DNA of 64,000 bases, taken from positions 1-64,000 of the forward strand of contig NIVC01001063.1 in the NCBI GenBank assembly GCA_002269645.1, read 5' to 3'. This DNA comes from Macrostomum lignano. Taxonomy: Eukaryota. The translations under genes were made by a program, and so were the position numbers. Below the pieces are notes generated by a model. It did no database searches and was not told the DNA's origin. It saw nothing but the letters and a program-made list of their open reading frames with translations. This document shows, piece by piece, positions 36,417 to 47,847 of this stretch (positions within the stretch are counted from its first letter, which is position 1; each line of letters begins with the position of its first letter).

Positions 36417-36790
36417 ACTACCAGCAGCTAATCCAGCAATATTCGGGGGTGAGGACAGGACACGAAAAGCCTGCACTCTATGGCTGTGGGAGCTTCCCAG
36501 GGATCATGACATACCAGCCTCCGCCAGCGGCTATATCATCATCATCAGCCTCGACGCTTAGCAACGTCAGGCGCAAAAGAAATACTGAAGCAAGTCCGAA
36601 ACGATTGAAGAAAAAGAAGGGCACCCGAAAGGCAACTGGTGGAAATCGCAGTAAGAGGTCGAGCAAGGCTAGTGGGAAAAAGCTTAAGAATAGGAAGACG
36701 AAAGCAAAGAAGAATAGAGCAGGCGGAGGAAAGCGAAAGCAAAAAGTCAGCAAGAAAACTGTGAAACGCGTGCTCGACTCTCTGTCATAG
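36405..36790 (+). CDS. Small Lys/Arg-rich protein, putative DNA-condensing core protein
   Basis: MNYQQLIQQYSG...LYGCGSFPG, then a highly basic tail (RRKR..KKKKG..KKLKNRKTKAKK); lies between mCP and MCP. Confidence 0.55.
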
Positions 36791-36792
36791 AC

Positions 36793-38074
36793 ATGGCTTA
36801 CGGATTCAATCCCAGACTTGATTTATTTAAGACGCCCGTTCTACAAACCTGCATTGAAAAAGCTACTTATGTTGATATTCACCCAGTTAATTCCATTGTT
36901 GCAAACTCTCCCATTGAATTTGACTGCCACCAATCTGCCGATGAATACACAGATCTGCTGAATTCTTTTCTTTATATTCGCTGCCGCCTTGTGAGACTGG
37001 ATGGGGGTTTGCTGAGGGAGGATGTTCGAGATGGAGATGGCATCATCACCGAGCGCAGAGACAGTGACGTGCACCCAGAAAATTTTGTTCTGTCTACAGC
37101 CTTCTCAGATGTAATTGTGAGCATTAACCAGCGAGTGGTGTCTGGTGGAGACCAGCTCTATCCCTACCATGCGTACTTCAAAGCACTAATGAGCTCATCC
37201 GATGCCCAGCAACTAAAACTTTACCCTGCTGGCTTCCTGGAGCCGAACTCGGCAGCTGAAGAGCACACGGAGAGCCACAGGGAATCCCAATGGATGGAGT
37301 ATGCGGGGCCGCTCTTCAGCGATGTTTTCCAGTGCCCAGTGTTTCTGCTAAGCAATCTGCACCTGCACATCAAACTGGTCCCCAGCGATGGGGCCTTTGC
37401 CATCAGAACCCCGAATGCAAAACGCGGCATACCGAATGGAAATCTCTCACAGCATTCTGCATCTTCGCCGAGTCAAAGTGATGCCCCACATCAGCCTGGC
37501 CCACGAGCAGGGGTGACAAACCAAAATGCACTGTATCCCATCGAGCGAACTGAAATGCAGAACTTCATCCTACCCCAGGGTATTCAGTCAAAAAACATTG
37601 AAGGATTCACTCATGGAAAATTGCCGAAGTTTATCATGCTGGCCTTCGTGAGCCACCGAGCATTCAACGGTCATCATCACGCGAGCCCGTTCCAGTTCCA
37701 GAGCTTCAACCTTAGCCGATTGGCTCTAAAGAAAGGTGGGGAAAACCGTGTGCCACGGCGCCTTCACACCTGAAAACAATTCCTTTGTAAGAGAATACTT
37801 GCACTACCTGAAAAGCTGTCAATCTGCAAGCCACACAAACTCGGTTCCGTGGATCCCCTACCAGCTCTTCTCCAACAACAGCACGGTGTTTGCATTCGAT
37901 CTCACACCCGAGGGAGCGGCTCTGTGGTACGGACAGAAGGAGGGCAACCTGCGGCTGGAGATTCGCTTCCAACAGGCTCTGAATGAAGCGGTGTCCCTGA
38001 TTGCTATGTGCCTGTATGACTCGCTGATTGAGGTCACCAAGCACCGAGAGCTTTTGCTGGACTATTCATCTTAA
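36793..38074 (+). pseudogene. Polinton major capsid protein (double jelly-roll), three frameshifts
   Basis: LDLFKTPVLQTCIEKATYVDIHP..PIEFDC, DLLNSFLYIRCRL, ALYPIERTE, LPKFIMLAFV..AFNG...PFQF, VFAFDLTP..GNLRLEIRF. The conserved segment YRMEISHSILHLRRVKVMPHISLAHEQG lies in an alternate frame (~37425-37510); a further shift is near 37740. Confidence 0.88.
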
Positions 38075-38079
38075 TTGAC

Positions 38080-39237
38080 ATGGATGCAATTCAACTACTT
38101 AATCTCGCCAGAAAATTTTTGCCTTACCAAAAATTTCTCATAGTTACTTTACATTTGCGCTATAAAAATTCTCTGCCCTTGAATGTAAAAAGAAAATTTA
38201 GATCATCAATTTCCTTTGAAAACAAGTTTGTTTTTGTCCTACTTCAGCACAATGGCTCATTTGGTCACTGGGTGGTGTGCTATGTTGGGCAAGGAAATCG
38301 CATTGAGTTGTTCAACTCCCTCGGCTGGGAACCTGAAATTTTATCTTTGGTTTATAATTTGTTTCGAGAGATTAAAACAACTGGCTTTTGGCTCCGAAGC
38401 AATATAAACAGAGTTCAATGTGCTAACTCTAATATAGTATTTGTCATGCTATCTCAGCCTAGAGACATCCAAACTCAGCCAGTCCCATTCCGCAATGCGT
38501 TTTTTTGGCTCGAGCTAGTCGTCTTTTACCATAGACATGCTTCTTAAGGCCATGCCATCTCAGCCTGGGACATGCAATCTCAGCCAATATAGATTTCAAT
38601 TGCAAACAGATCTCAATGCTATCATTTCTGTAACGTGACATGAAATGGCAACAAACAGCAATGAATGAACGCAGCAAGAAAAGTCAGTAAGGGTACGCAA
38701 CAACGGACAAAGTCAGTAAGACGCTCAGTGCTCAGCCTAGTTGAAAGGCTGCTCTGCGATACACTGCGGGAAGTTCCGATTGCAGTGAATCTCCCATCTG
38801 GCCACCTTTAGCGCGCGTCACAGCATCTAGCGCGACTCGGCCCACTCGCTCCAAGAGAATGAGGCGCCAAGCTTCGCAGGTGACCCCATCGGTCGGCCAC
38901 CAGCCTCCTCCTCCACCAGTGCAGGGTCAGCTAGCTGCAGCTTGATCGAGATTTGCTTCGATCACAGACTAAGCCACAGACAGCTTGACATAGCATCTGA
39001 AAAGTGGCTGAGATTGCATGTCCCAGGCTGAGATAGCATGGCCTTAAGAAGCATGTCTATGGTAAAACTTGACTGGCTTACGTAAAAAATCGCACTGTCG
39101 AGATGGGCTGGCTGAGTTTGGATGTCTCTAGGCTGAGATAGCATGACAAATACTATAAATGCGGAGTGTTTTGCATCTATTTTGCTTATCAAAAGTTTCT
39201 GTTCAATCGGTCATCGGTCAAAAAATCATTTGAATGA
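38080..39237 (+). pseudogene. Adenain-like cysteine protease interrupted by a MITE
   Basis: GHWVVCY..IELFNSLG (His/Asp-Asn region) and RVQCANSN|KCGVFCIYF (Gln...Cys) restore in frame when 38435-39157 is removed. Confidence 0.88.
38435..39155. mobile_element. 721-bp non-autonomous DNA transposon (MITE), TA target duplication, ~150-bp TIRs
   Basis: TAGTATTTGTCATGCTATCTCAGCCTAGAGACATCCAAACTCAGCC versus its exact inverse ending TACTA; TA at 38433-34 and 39156-57; the empty site TCTAATAAATGC is in frame. Confidence 0.9.
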
Positions 39238-39276
39238 TAGAATCTTACAGAGGTTTGAAGCCAACTTAAGAAAAAG

Positions 39277-39960
39277 ATGTCCGTGATTTCTAATATTTAT
39301 GCATTAAACATGGGAGAAAAGCAAGTTTGCTACGATATCCGCCTCAGGCAGGGAAGCTGCATGATTGTCTGCGGGCCCACCAATGCAGGAAAAACAACCT
39401 TTGTCAAACACCTGATCCAGTACAGAGACGTCATGTTTGATGTGAAGCCTGGCAGAGTTCTGTGGTACTATGGGATCTCACAGGCAGGCCATGCAGAACT
39501 GAGCAGCCTAGGTGTGCAGCTGCGCCAGGGATTTCCCACCAAAATCGAGGCAGCACTTAGGCCCAATGACCTGGTTGTTTTCGATGACTTAATAGAGGAA
39601 ACTTCAAACTCTGCTTCAATGCGAAATTTTTTCACAGGAATCGCACATCACTTGCCGTGCTTCTTGGTGATGCTGACTCAGAATATATTTTTCAAGGGAA
39701 AAGAGTCGCGAACAATGAGCTTGAATGTAATGTATTTAGCTATCTTGAAAAACCCCAGAGACCAGCTGCAGATTGCAGCACTGGGCAGGCAGTGCTTTAC
39801 AGAGAAGCCGGCTTTCTGCTGTCAGTGTTCAAGCACGTGACCGCGCAGGGCAGGGGAGCCTACCTGTTCCTAGATTTTCACCATCAACTCCCGATGAGCT
39901 GCGAGTGCGGGCCAGAATTTGCCCAACCAGCGACCCCATCTTGTATTTGCTTAGAAAGTG
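39277..39960 (+). pseudogene. Packaging ATPase (A32/FtsK-like), frameshift near 39795
   Basis: Walker A GPTNAGKT, Walker B LVVFDDL, TQNIF, RTMSLN..YLAILKNPRD; continues AGFLLSVF..AYLFLDFH in another frame. Confidence 0.92.
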
Positions 39961-39994
39961 AAGCTTGTTTTTATCAGCTATTGTTTTCATCGCT

Positions 39995-40332
39995 ATGGAA
40001 GTGCTTGATTCACATGCAAGTTTTTTGCGGTTCTTGCGTCACCTAAATATACCGTGCGCTTCAAGCGGCTGTTGATAAAAAATTGTCCAAAAGAAGTGCG
40101 TTATTTTCTTGTCGAGGCCTGCCATAATCTCTTACAAAACAATCTATCGTTTTCGCTCGATGAAAAAGCTGTTCTTGCAAAGTCAAAAGAGATAATTCGA
40201 AAAATTACTCACAAAAGAAGAAAGACAGACTTGTTGAAGGCTGGCTTCATCAAAATACTCCCGATTCTGCTTAAGCTGGTAAAGAAGAAGAAGCAAAATG
40301 AACAAATTTTCAGAAATGGTTCTGATTCCTAA
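39995..40332 (+). pseudogene. Small conserved Polinton hypothetical protein (frameshifted)
   Basis: FLVEACHNLLQNNLSFS..EKAVLAKSKEIIRKI resembles small ORFs found after the Polinton ATPase. Confidence 0.5.
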
Positions 40333-40918
40333 AGCAGAGTATGAGATGTTGATGCAGAATTTTGAAGCCAAATGAGACTACCACTGAAGCTGACTTGAAG
40401 CAGGCTCAGAAGAAATGCGATGACATCTTGTATGCCGAGGATTGTCCAGAAGATGTGAAAACCGCCATGTACCAAAGTGCAATGCAAAGTTTGCTGGCCA
40501 AGCGCAAGCACGCTGGAAAGAAGGATCACGAAATACTGAAGCCAAGTTGATGAAAACAGAGACACCCCAGATGAACACCTGGGAAGAGAAGATCAGCAAG
40601 TCGGTGCCACAGAAATTCAAAACCAGGGCTCGCAGTCTGTGGACGATCCTGTCCACCAATCCAGAGCTGATTCGAGTTTGTGAAAACGGGGAGGTGGAAA
40701 TCGCAGGCACGTCAATCCCTTCCTCAAACATACTGGACTTGATTCAGCACGCAGTGAGGGATTCGCCATGTGAGCGTGAACCAGTTGGGTGGAACGAGTT
40801 CATCGATTTTCTGCAGCAGAAAAAGCTTAATGTTCGCTTTCCGCTATTGGTAAATCAGTTAAGAAGAAAATGGCAACCAGCAGAGGGAGTGAACTGGAGA
40901 AAGAACAGGAGAGTCTAG
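40316..40918 (+). pseudogene. Conserved Polinton hypothetical protein (frameshifted)
   Basis: MVLIPK...DDILY..DVKTAMYQ..; KARxL-like RARSLW, ENGEVEIAGTSIPSSNILDLI, PVGWNEF across about three frames. Confidence 0.6.
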
Positions 40919-40969
40919 TCAAGGGGTACGGGAGCAACACAGCCTGGCTGAAACTGCCTGCCAGAAAAG

Positions 40970-40977
40970 TATATAAG
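40970..40977 (+). promoter_or_regulatory. TATA box TATATAAG
   Basis: About 41 bp upstream of ATG 41018; heads the exonuclease-like/TBP-like unit. Confidence 0.55.
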
Positions 40978-41017
40978 AAGGTGGACTGACTCCGAAATTT
41001 CGAAGGAAAGCTGCATC

Positions 41018-41490
41018 ATGAACTACATTGACTTCCAAGGATTTCCGTGCAACAGCACAGGCAAAAAATTTGTTGTGAAGGAGTTGGCAGTTGTTCAAAT
41101 CAGAGCGGGAGCTACCGCATTGCTCACCATGTGTACGCACCTCCGTATCCATGGAGAGAGTCTCACCTGACATGCGAGTTTACTACAGACAGCTATCTAA
41201 GAGTCTGCACCAGTTTAAGGGAATGATGGAACCCGTCCGTACATGGAACTGGCGGAAGACATTCTGAGCATTGCCAGTGGTCCGATCTGGTCAAATGGGG
41301 AAAGGAAGTCTATTTTTCCTGACTGAGCTGCTTGGTAGACAGGTTTATAACTAGAAGATTTGGGAGCACCCTCGACTGAAGATTCAGATACTGGCTGTGC
41401 AGTGAGAAATTCATTGCTGCACTACAGTTGGCTTAAGCCAAAGTTCTGCATCAACTTAAGAAGCGAGCAGTGTCCGTGGCACACGAGCAG
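41018..41490 (+). pseudogene. DEDD-type exonuclease-like viral protein, disrupted
   Basis: MNYIDFQGF...FVVKELAV, YAPPYPW, NDGTRPY, GERKSIFL..LL...N(L)EDLGAP, CAVRN..YSWLK; several frameshifts and stops. Confidence 0.55.
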
Positions 41491-41550
41491 TAAAGTTGGC
41501 AGAAGCAGATTTGGTGAAGAAGTGACGATCGAAATGAGCCACCAGCTACA

Positions 41551-42048
41551 GCCCTAAGAGTGACCAATCTGGTTGGCGAGTAGATCTGAGACTGGATGGT
41601 GGCAGGGGCGCTCAGCGTGCCTCTACGGGAACTGGCTCTCAGCATGGCTCATGTGATCTACCGGCCCGTCTGGCCCCGGGTGCTCATCAAGCGGATGCGA
41701 AGTCCCAGAGTGACTCTGCTACTCTACCCTACTGGGCAACTGAGCATCTGCGGTGCCAAGACCCACGCAGACGCCAAAGGGCTGCCCGTCGCTTCGTGGC
41801 TATGCTGCATCGGAGAGTGCCGGCTCAACTGCTGCCTCATCAAACAATTTGTGTTTCGAATTAAAACTATTACTGCTCATGGACAGCTCCCAGTTCATTC
41901 CGCACTTTCCTTATTAATGTTAAAATCAATTATCCCAAACGCCGAATATGAACCAGAATCCTTTTCTGCTTTAATTTTCAATTTAAACTTTTGTAAATGT
42001 CTGCTTTTTCACAGCGGCTCTTTTGTTCTCAGTGAGCTCGGTCCTTGA
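41551..42048 (+). CDS. TATA-binding protein (TBP)-like, both direct repeats; N-terminal frameshift
   Basis: Repeat 1: LRVTNLVG/..LRELALSMAHVIYRP..RVLIKRMRSPRVTLLLYPTGQLSICGAKT (TBP: NIV..[35 protein letters not shown]). Repeat 2: FRIKTITA..NAEYEPESFSALIF..CLLFHSGSFVL (TBP: YEPELFPGLIY..LLIFVSGKVVL). Confidence 0.8.
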
Positions 42049-42685
42049 ATCAGTTGCATACCGATAGCATGCGTCTACTCAATGTAGTTCTTTCCATTGA
42101 ATAAAAATAAAAGTCAAGTCAAGCAATTTGCCGCAAATATTTCAATGATTAGTGAAAAGTGAATAAAAGGATAAACTTAGTATTCTTTACATTCATTTTC
42201 CCAGGTAGACAGCTATGGAACACTTCAAAAACGTATTTAGCCCATCACCAAAAGTATCGCAAAACGCATATCAAATCCGAAAGTAAACAATACTACCATC
42301 GTTATAACAAACGATGTGCACCGAGAGAAGAGAAATAGAAAAGTGATAGAGAAAATATGATTAAAACGCTGATTGAATTTACAGGAACAATTTATGTCAG
42401 ATAAAAACCAAAAACACATTTTAAACAAGTAGTACACAAAGCAAACAAAAATGAATTAATATTGTATGAGCGCACTTGCCACAGCTTTATAAAAAGTAAA
42501 ACTTAAATTGATATCAATATTTCACGCCGCAAAAACAAATTGACAGCTAAATCTAGCGCAATTAGCCAAGCATACAAATTTGTAAAAGTTACTACATGCA
42601 AGTCACTACATTTAAAACAGAATTTGGCAATTTAAACAACTCTAAAAGCAAGAAAAAGTACTAAACAGTCTGTTAAACACCCGCA

Positions 42686-45600
42686 CTAGACCAGTCGGAT
42701 GCGCTTCAGCTGATCGTGGGATGCGGGCGTCAGCGCATAGTGTCCGTAGGGCAGGCTTCGATTACTGCTAAGCCACACTCGCTTATCCTCCCACACCGAT
42801 AGGCTTCTTTTCTCCATGACCGACGTGAAGATTTCGTGTTTCTTGGAAACAATCGCTGTCATGGCAACCATCTGCTCTTGCTTGGACTCGAACGCGTCGA
42901 CATAGTTCGCATGCGAAATTTGCTGTCTTACTACTGACTGCTTCACGCCTTTGGCAGTTTTCTTGATCTTTGCACTCGAATTCTCGGCAGGGAGAAACGA
43001 ATAAAGTTTTGGACGCAAAAGAATTCACTCCTGGTAAATTCCACCAGCAGATTCATCTTTAACGCAGCCCAGCTTTCCTTTTAACTCTTCAGAGAAATGC
43101 GGATGGTCTCGAGAATAGTTGGATGTGTCAAGTATTTTTTCCTCTCTAAGCTTCGGGATTACCTCCGATGTTAAATCATGATTCTTGAAAGCTAGAAAAA
43201 ATGAGTCAGTATCACCTCCGCAAAGCATCATGTCTCTGGAACCGTCTGAATGACAGAACAGCGGTCGGAGCCTGTCATATAGTAGGCTGTACATGGCCAT
43301 CTTAGAGAGATCGAGAACTGCCTGGCCAACGAAAATTGCCTTGTCAAGCGTGACTTTATCTTTTTTGAGCTGAAAAATGCTCAACGACTCATTGATAATC
43401 GAGAATGCGGCACAGTTTGGTCGAGAGGCGCAAGTTTCTGCTTGAGTCTGGTTAGTGCAAATTCGAACATCGCATCTTTTTCGAACGTTTCCATAGTTTT
43501 TCCAAAGAGAGAATTGTTTTTCAATTTGTAAAAATCCTTAGCAAACTCGGAAGTTGCCAAAGCTCTTTTTTCATTGTTGCTGGCAATGTACGGCGCGAAA
43601 ATATTTTCCTGCTTGAACGAAATCATTTTTTTGACGCACTTGATCCGCATTCCGTGTTGCAGGTAAAATCTTAAAACGGTGCTGTGAACTACGTAAGAAT
43701 CCTTGTCGGTACAGGTGAGTAGAAGCTTCTCCGTTGCTTGAAACTTAGCTTCAGCATTGCCAGTTCGCTGTTCAGCAATCTCTTTCCATAGTTCGGCCAT
43801 GTACGGCGAGAATTGATCTGGCTGTGGTTTTGATTTTTCAGGTGCAAACGGTAACTCCTGAGTCGAATCGTGAATCTCAGCTGGGTATTCTAGATCGAGT
43901 TGAACAAGGTAGGCGATCTCGGCTTCTGGATTGAGTGACAGAAACCGATTGGAGTCCCAGAACTGGATTTCCTGTTCCGGTACCCACCTGAATTCCCTGC
44001 ATGGAAGCGGAAGCGACAGGGCAAAGCCATACAAGTTGTTCATATCGATCGGCATGAGGCTTACACTCTCTTGCTGATCATCATAACCTGGCAAGCTAGG
44101 ATTATTACCTTTGACGCAATGCACATTAATGAAGGACATGCCTCCTCGTATTCCCTTCTCAAACAGATGATACATGTCAGCATCAGTCAGCTGCTCTAGA
44201 ACCACTCCAGTCGACTTTAGAGCTGAGTCGTAAGACAAACCAGGAGTAGTAAAGTAGTGTACCGGATCCAATCCGTCCTCTTTCAGACTGGCCTGTCGGA
44301 ATGTCTCGAAAATGTCAGCCAGCTGCCTTACATCCATTTCAAGATAGGCGAGCATATAATCCTTCAAACTTTTGCATTGAAATGCCGCCCATGCCGCTCT
44401 TGCTCTATTGTAGTCGTCGTCGGAAATTCCCCTATCGGAAAGTCGATTAAAAAAAGCATCTTTAGGTGGCAAAACCGACTGCTCGAGAATCTCAAATCCT
44501 GTGAGGTAATCATATGGGAAAATCCCTTTTTTTCGAAGTAGCTCTCTTGAAAGATGTGGTCTTGACTCAAGCATTTGCATTGTCAGCTTGCATTCAGCTT
44601 CGGGAAGATTAGCAAACAAATTGGACAAACTTCCCTTCAAAAAGCAGAGCGAGTCGATGAACTGAATTGTAAACATGATTGGCACAACTTTTCCGTTCTT
44701 TACGTAACTTGCAACAGGGAATTCCGCCCTTAGTGACAAGTATCGCTCGGATGATTGCGGAACAACACTAAGTTTCCAATTTTTCATGCTCCCAAGCGCA
44801 GTGGAAAGTAGAAGATGAAGGTCGTAGCCGCCTAAGTTGTGAAAAACCAGGGGCAGAAACCGGCGTCGGAGCTGTGCTCGCAGGTTGCATTCTTGACATG
44901 CTGCACCTTTGTACTGTCCATTTAAATGATCGTGGTCAAAATGTTTATCTGTAGAACTTTTAAAGTTCTTCTTGCAGTAGTGACATACCTCAGCAGAATT
45001 GAAATCATCCATGACGGTCGCGGATGATCGGTCAGCCGGCTGGTGGCTATGCTTCTGGTTCCAGTGAAATATATCCTGAGCCAGGCTTTCAAGAGATTTG
45101 AGAAAACCAAGGATACACTCATCAGGGTCCGCATTGCAAAAGACCTTGTACATGTCTCCTTCTGGCCTAAGCGGAGGTCCTGTCATGCCTTCACGAGGCA
45201 CTGCAAGAAAAGCTGCTGCACATGGTTCATGCTTTGAGATCAGGTTAGCAGGGTCTGTGTTCGCTCGCAAAATGGCTTCCAGGTCGGCATAGGCAACGAA
45301 TGGTGGACTGACAGTGTTTTGACAGTTTCGGAACTTTATTTCATTCTGTCCTGGAACTGGAAGCGTTTCTTTGACAGGATTTTCTGCAGTAATGCTGCAT
45401 TCGTTCCTGTGCTCTTGAAGCCTCTCGTTGCTATAAAATGATGTTAAACATTTCGTGCACCACTTCCTCATGGCGGGACCATTACGACTGTTCATTAACC
45501 TGTCAAAATTAGTAATTGCACACCAGTGCTCCGATCCGTAGCTGTCTTTAACTAGCAAAAGCATGAGGTGTCTTCGGTCATCTGACTCATGCTTGCGGCG

Positions 45601-46347
45601 ACGGAGAAGAGTCACACTGCCCTGCTGCCAAGAGAACGCAGAAATGCAAATTCCTGGATTGTTAGACTCGACGCGATCGATATCAGCGACACTCACTGGC
45701 ATGGAGATTTCTGCAAAGTCCAGCTCACGCAACCATTCATCGTAAGAGGATATTCTGTTGGGCGATTTCTGAACTTTCGGATCGGCGCTGTGCAGTGCAG
45801 CGAGACAGGCGTACAGGAAACAGTCTTTGCCTGTGCTCGGTGGATTGATAACAGCCTTTTTGTTCTTCAAACTGGCAGGAAGATTGAATCTAACGGCTCT
45901 GCCCTGGCGAAATCGAATTGGATTGTACCTGGCAAGGTTGATGTCTAGAAAATTAATTTGTTTAATTGTCCAGCCACTGCCGTTCGTATTAATCATACTA
46001 CAGATCCTCTCCAACTCCTGCTCCTGCTCAATCAACCAGTTGTTTAAACGGCCTGCTTCACCACCTAGGTCTAGGGCCTGCATTTTACAGCTTATCCATC
46101 TGTCCTCTTCGGCAAGCATCTCCCCATCTCTTATTCGGACCATTCGAATATTCGCCTTTAGCTGAACTTTGTAATGATGTCTTGAAATTCTTTGCTGAAC
46201 TGCCTCAATAATTTTGTCTCCAGCTTGGACAAAAAATTCTGACGGAAGCGTGTCTGGGTGACTCGATCTGAGCCTCAGTATTTCCAGTGATTGATCATAG
46301 GCTTGGGCAACTCTGCTGAAGCTGACTGTTGAACCTGGTTTGTGGTT
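42686..46347 (-). pseudogene. Protein-primed family B DNA polymerase, split by frameshifts near 43490 and 43020
   Basis: Exo motifs YADLE, FHNLGGYD and YLEMDV; DHDHLNGQYKGAACQECN (endonuclease VII-like Zn motif); DMNNLYG, KLKNNSLFGK, GDTDS, LRPKLYS, WEDKR. The frame stays open upstream of ATG 46143 to 46347. Confidence 0.95.
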
Positions 46348-46566
46348 TTAGGATAATATTTTTGTTTTTTGCTGCCTATAGTTTCAAATATCAAAGATAC
46401 TAAACTAAACGTCTGTACCCAAGCATACATGTACAACCCTACCGGTATAAAGTCTTTTATCTCCCCTTCTCCCATTCTTTGGACTAAAATTTTAGACTGC
46501 ATAATATACATCGCATTGATAAGAAAATTTTTAAGTAAGTTGAAAAGGATAAATAAAGGCACTTAC

Positions 46567-46963
46567 CTTGGTGTGCATCAGTCACCGACTCGCTGTTGGC
46601 TGCTGACTCGCTGCTGGCTGCTGACTCGCTGCTGGCTGCTGACTCGCTGCTGGCTGCTGACTCGCTGCTGGCTGCTGACTCGCTGCTGGCTGCTGACTCG
46701 CTGCTGGCTGCCGACTCGCTGCTGGCTGCCGACTCGCTGCTGGCTGCCGACTCGCTGCTGGCTGCTGACTCGCTGCTGACGTCATGGTCCACCCAAGGGT
46801 GGTCATACTCGATCCACGAGTGGTCATCCTCCATCCACGAGTGGCCATTCTCCATCCATGAGTGGTCATTCTCCATCCATGAGTGGTCATTCTCCATCCA
46901 TGAGTGGTCATTCTCCATCCATGAGTGGTCATTCTCCTGCTCCATCCAGGAGTGCTCAACCAT
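46567..46963 (-). CDS. Low-complexity exon (HSWMEND and SSESAA repeats), candidate 5' exon of the PolB unit
   Basis: ATG 46963; ends CAA G|GTAAGT; a phase-matched acceptor ACTATAG|G lies at 46376/46375. Confidence 0.45.
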
Positions 46964-47847
46964 AGAAAAGGCAAGCAGTTAAAAGCTGACAGTGTTTACT
47001 GGCTGCAACTGAGTGTCATAAGCAACTGGGAGTGAATATTGGAAATCTTTTTCGTAAGTCTTTATTGCTGCAATACTGGTACAATATCCACACTTACAAG
47101 CTAGTAGATGCTGGTTATATTTTTTTGGTTCTCCCTTAAGCTAGCTCTCTGCATGCATATTCTATTGATCCCTATTCATAAAAGTTCGTTTCTATTTGCC
47201 TCCTACGCAGACTCAATCGGTAAAAAATGCAAAATGAAGCCAATAGTTAATTAACAAACCAATCACCGAGTGGAAAAATGCTGACATTATATGTATATAT
47301 TTTTTTAAAAAATTATCGAATTCACATGGTGCAATCATAGTCAATAAACAATGCATGGAACAATGAATTAAAAATACAGACGAGAGTTTAGAAGCAGAAA
47401 TATAGCTGAAAAGTTCAATAATTAAAGAATGAGGAAACACCGCGTCAAAGCAGTAGAAAGAAAATTATACCTAATCAATCGCACCAAGCATACGAAACCA
47501 TCACCAATTTATTGAAAGTATGTTATGTTGATTTTAATTTGTTAAATTCAACTGTATAATGTTTCACCTACTTTTCAAATAATTTTTTTACCTCGGATAC
47601 CAAAAAAATATTGGTTGCCACTACGAGCTACGAGCTTTTTTTAAAACTAATTTGGAAATGAAAACTGAAAACTTATAAGCAAGATTCCTAGAAGCGAATA
47701 CAGAGTTATGAGATGATCAAATCATTAATTAATGTACCTACTTTCAACTTTAAAAAGCTAGTTGAAATAAAGTTTTAGCAATAATTGCAATAAATGGGTA
47801 GATTTCTCACTCCACACAGAAAGCAAAAAAGTACAAAAATTGCTTAG

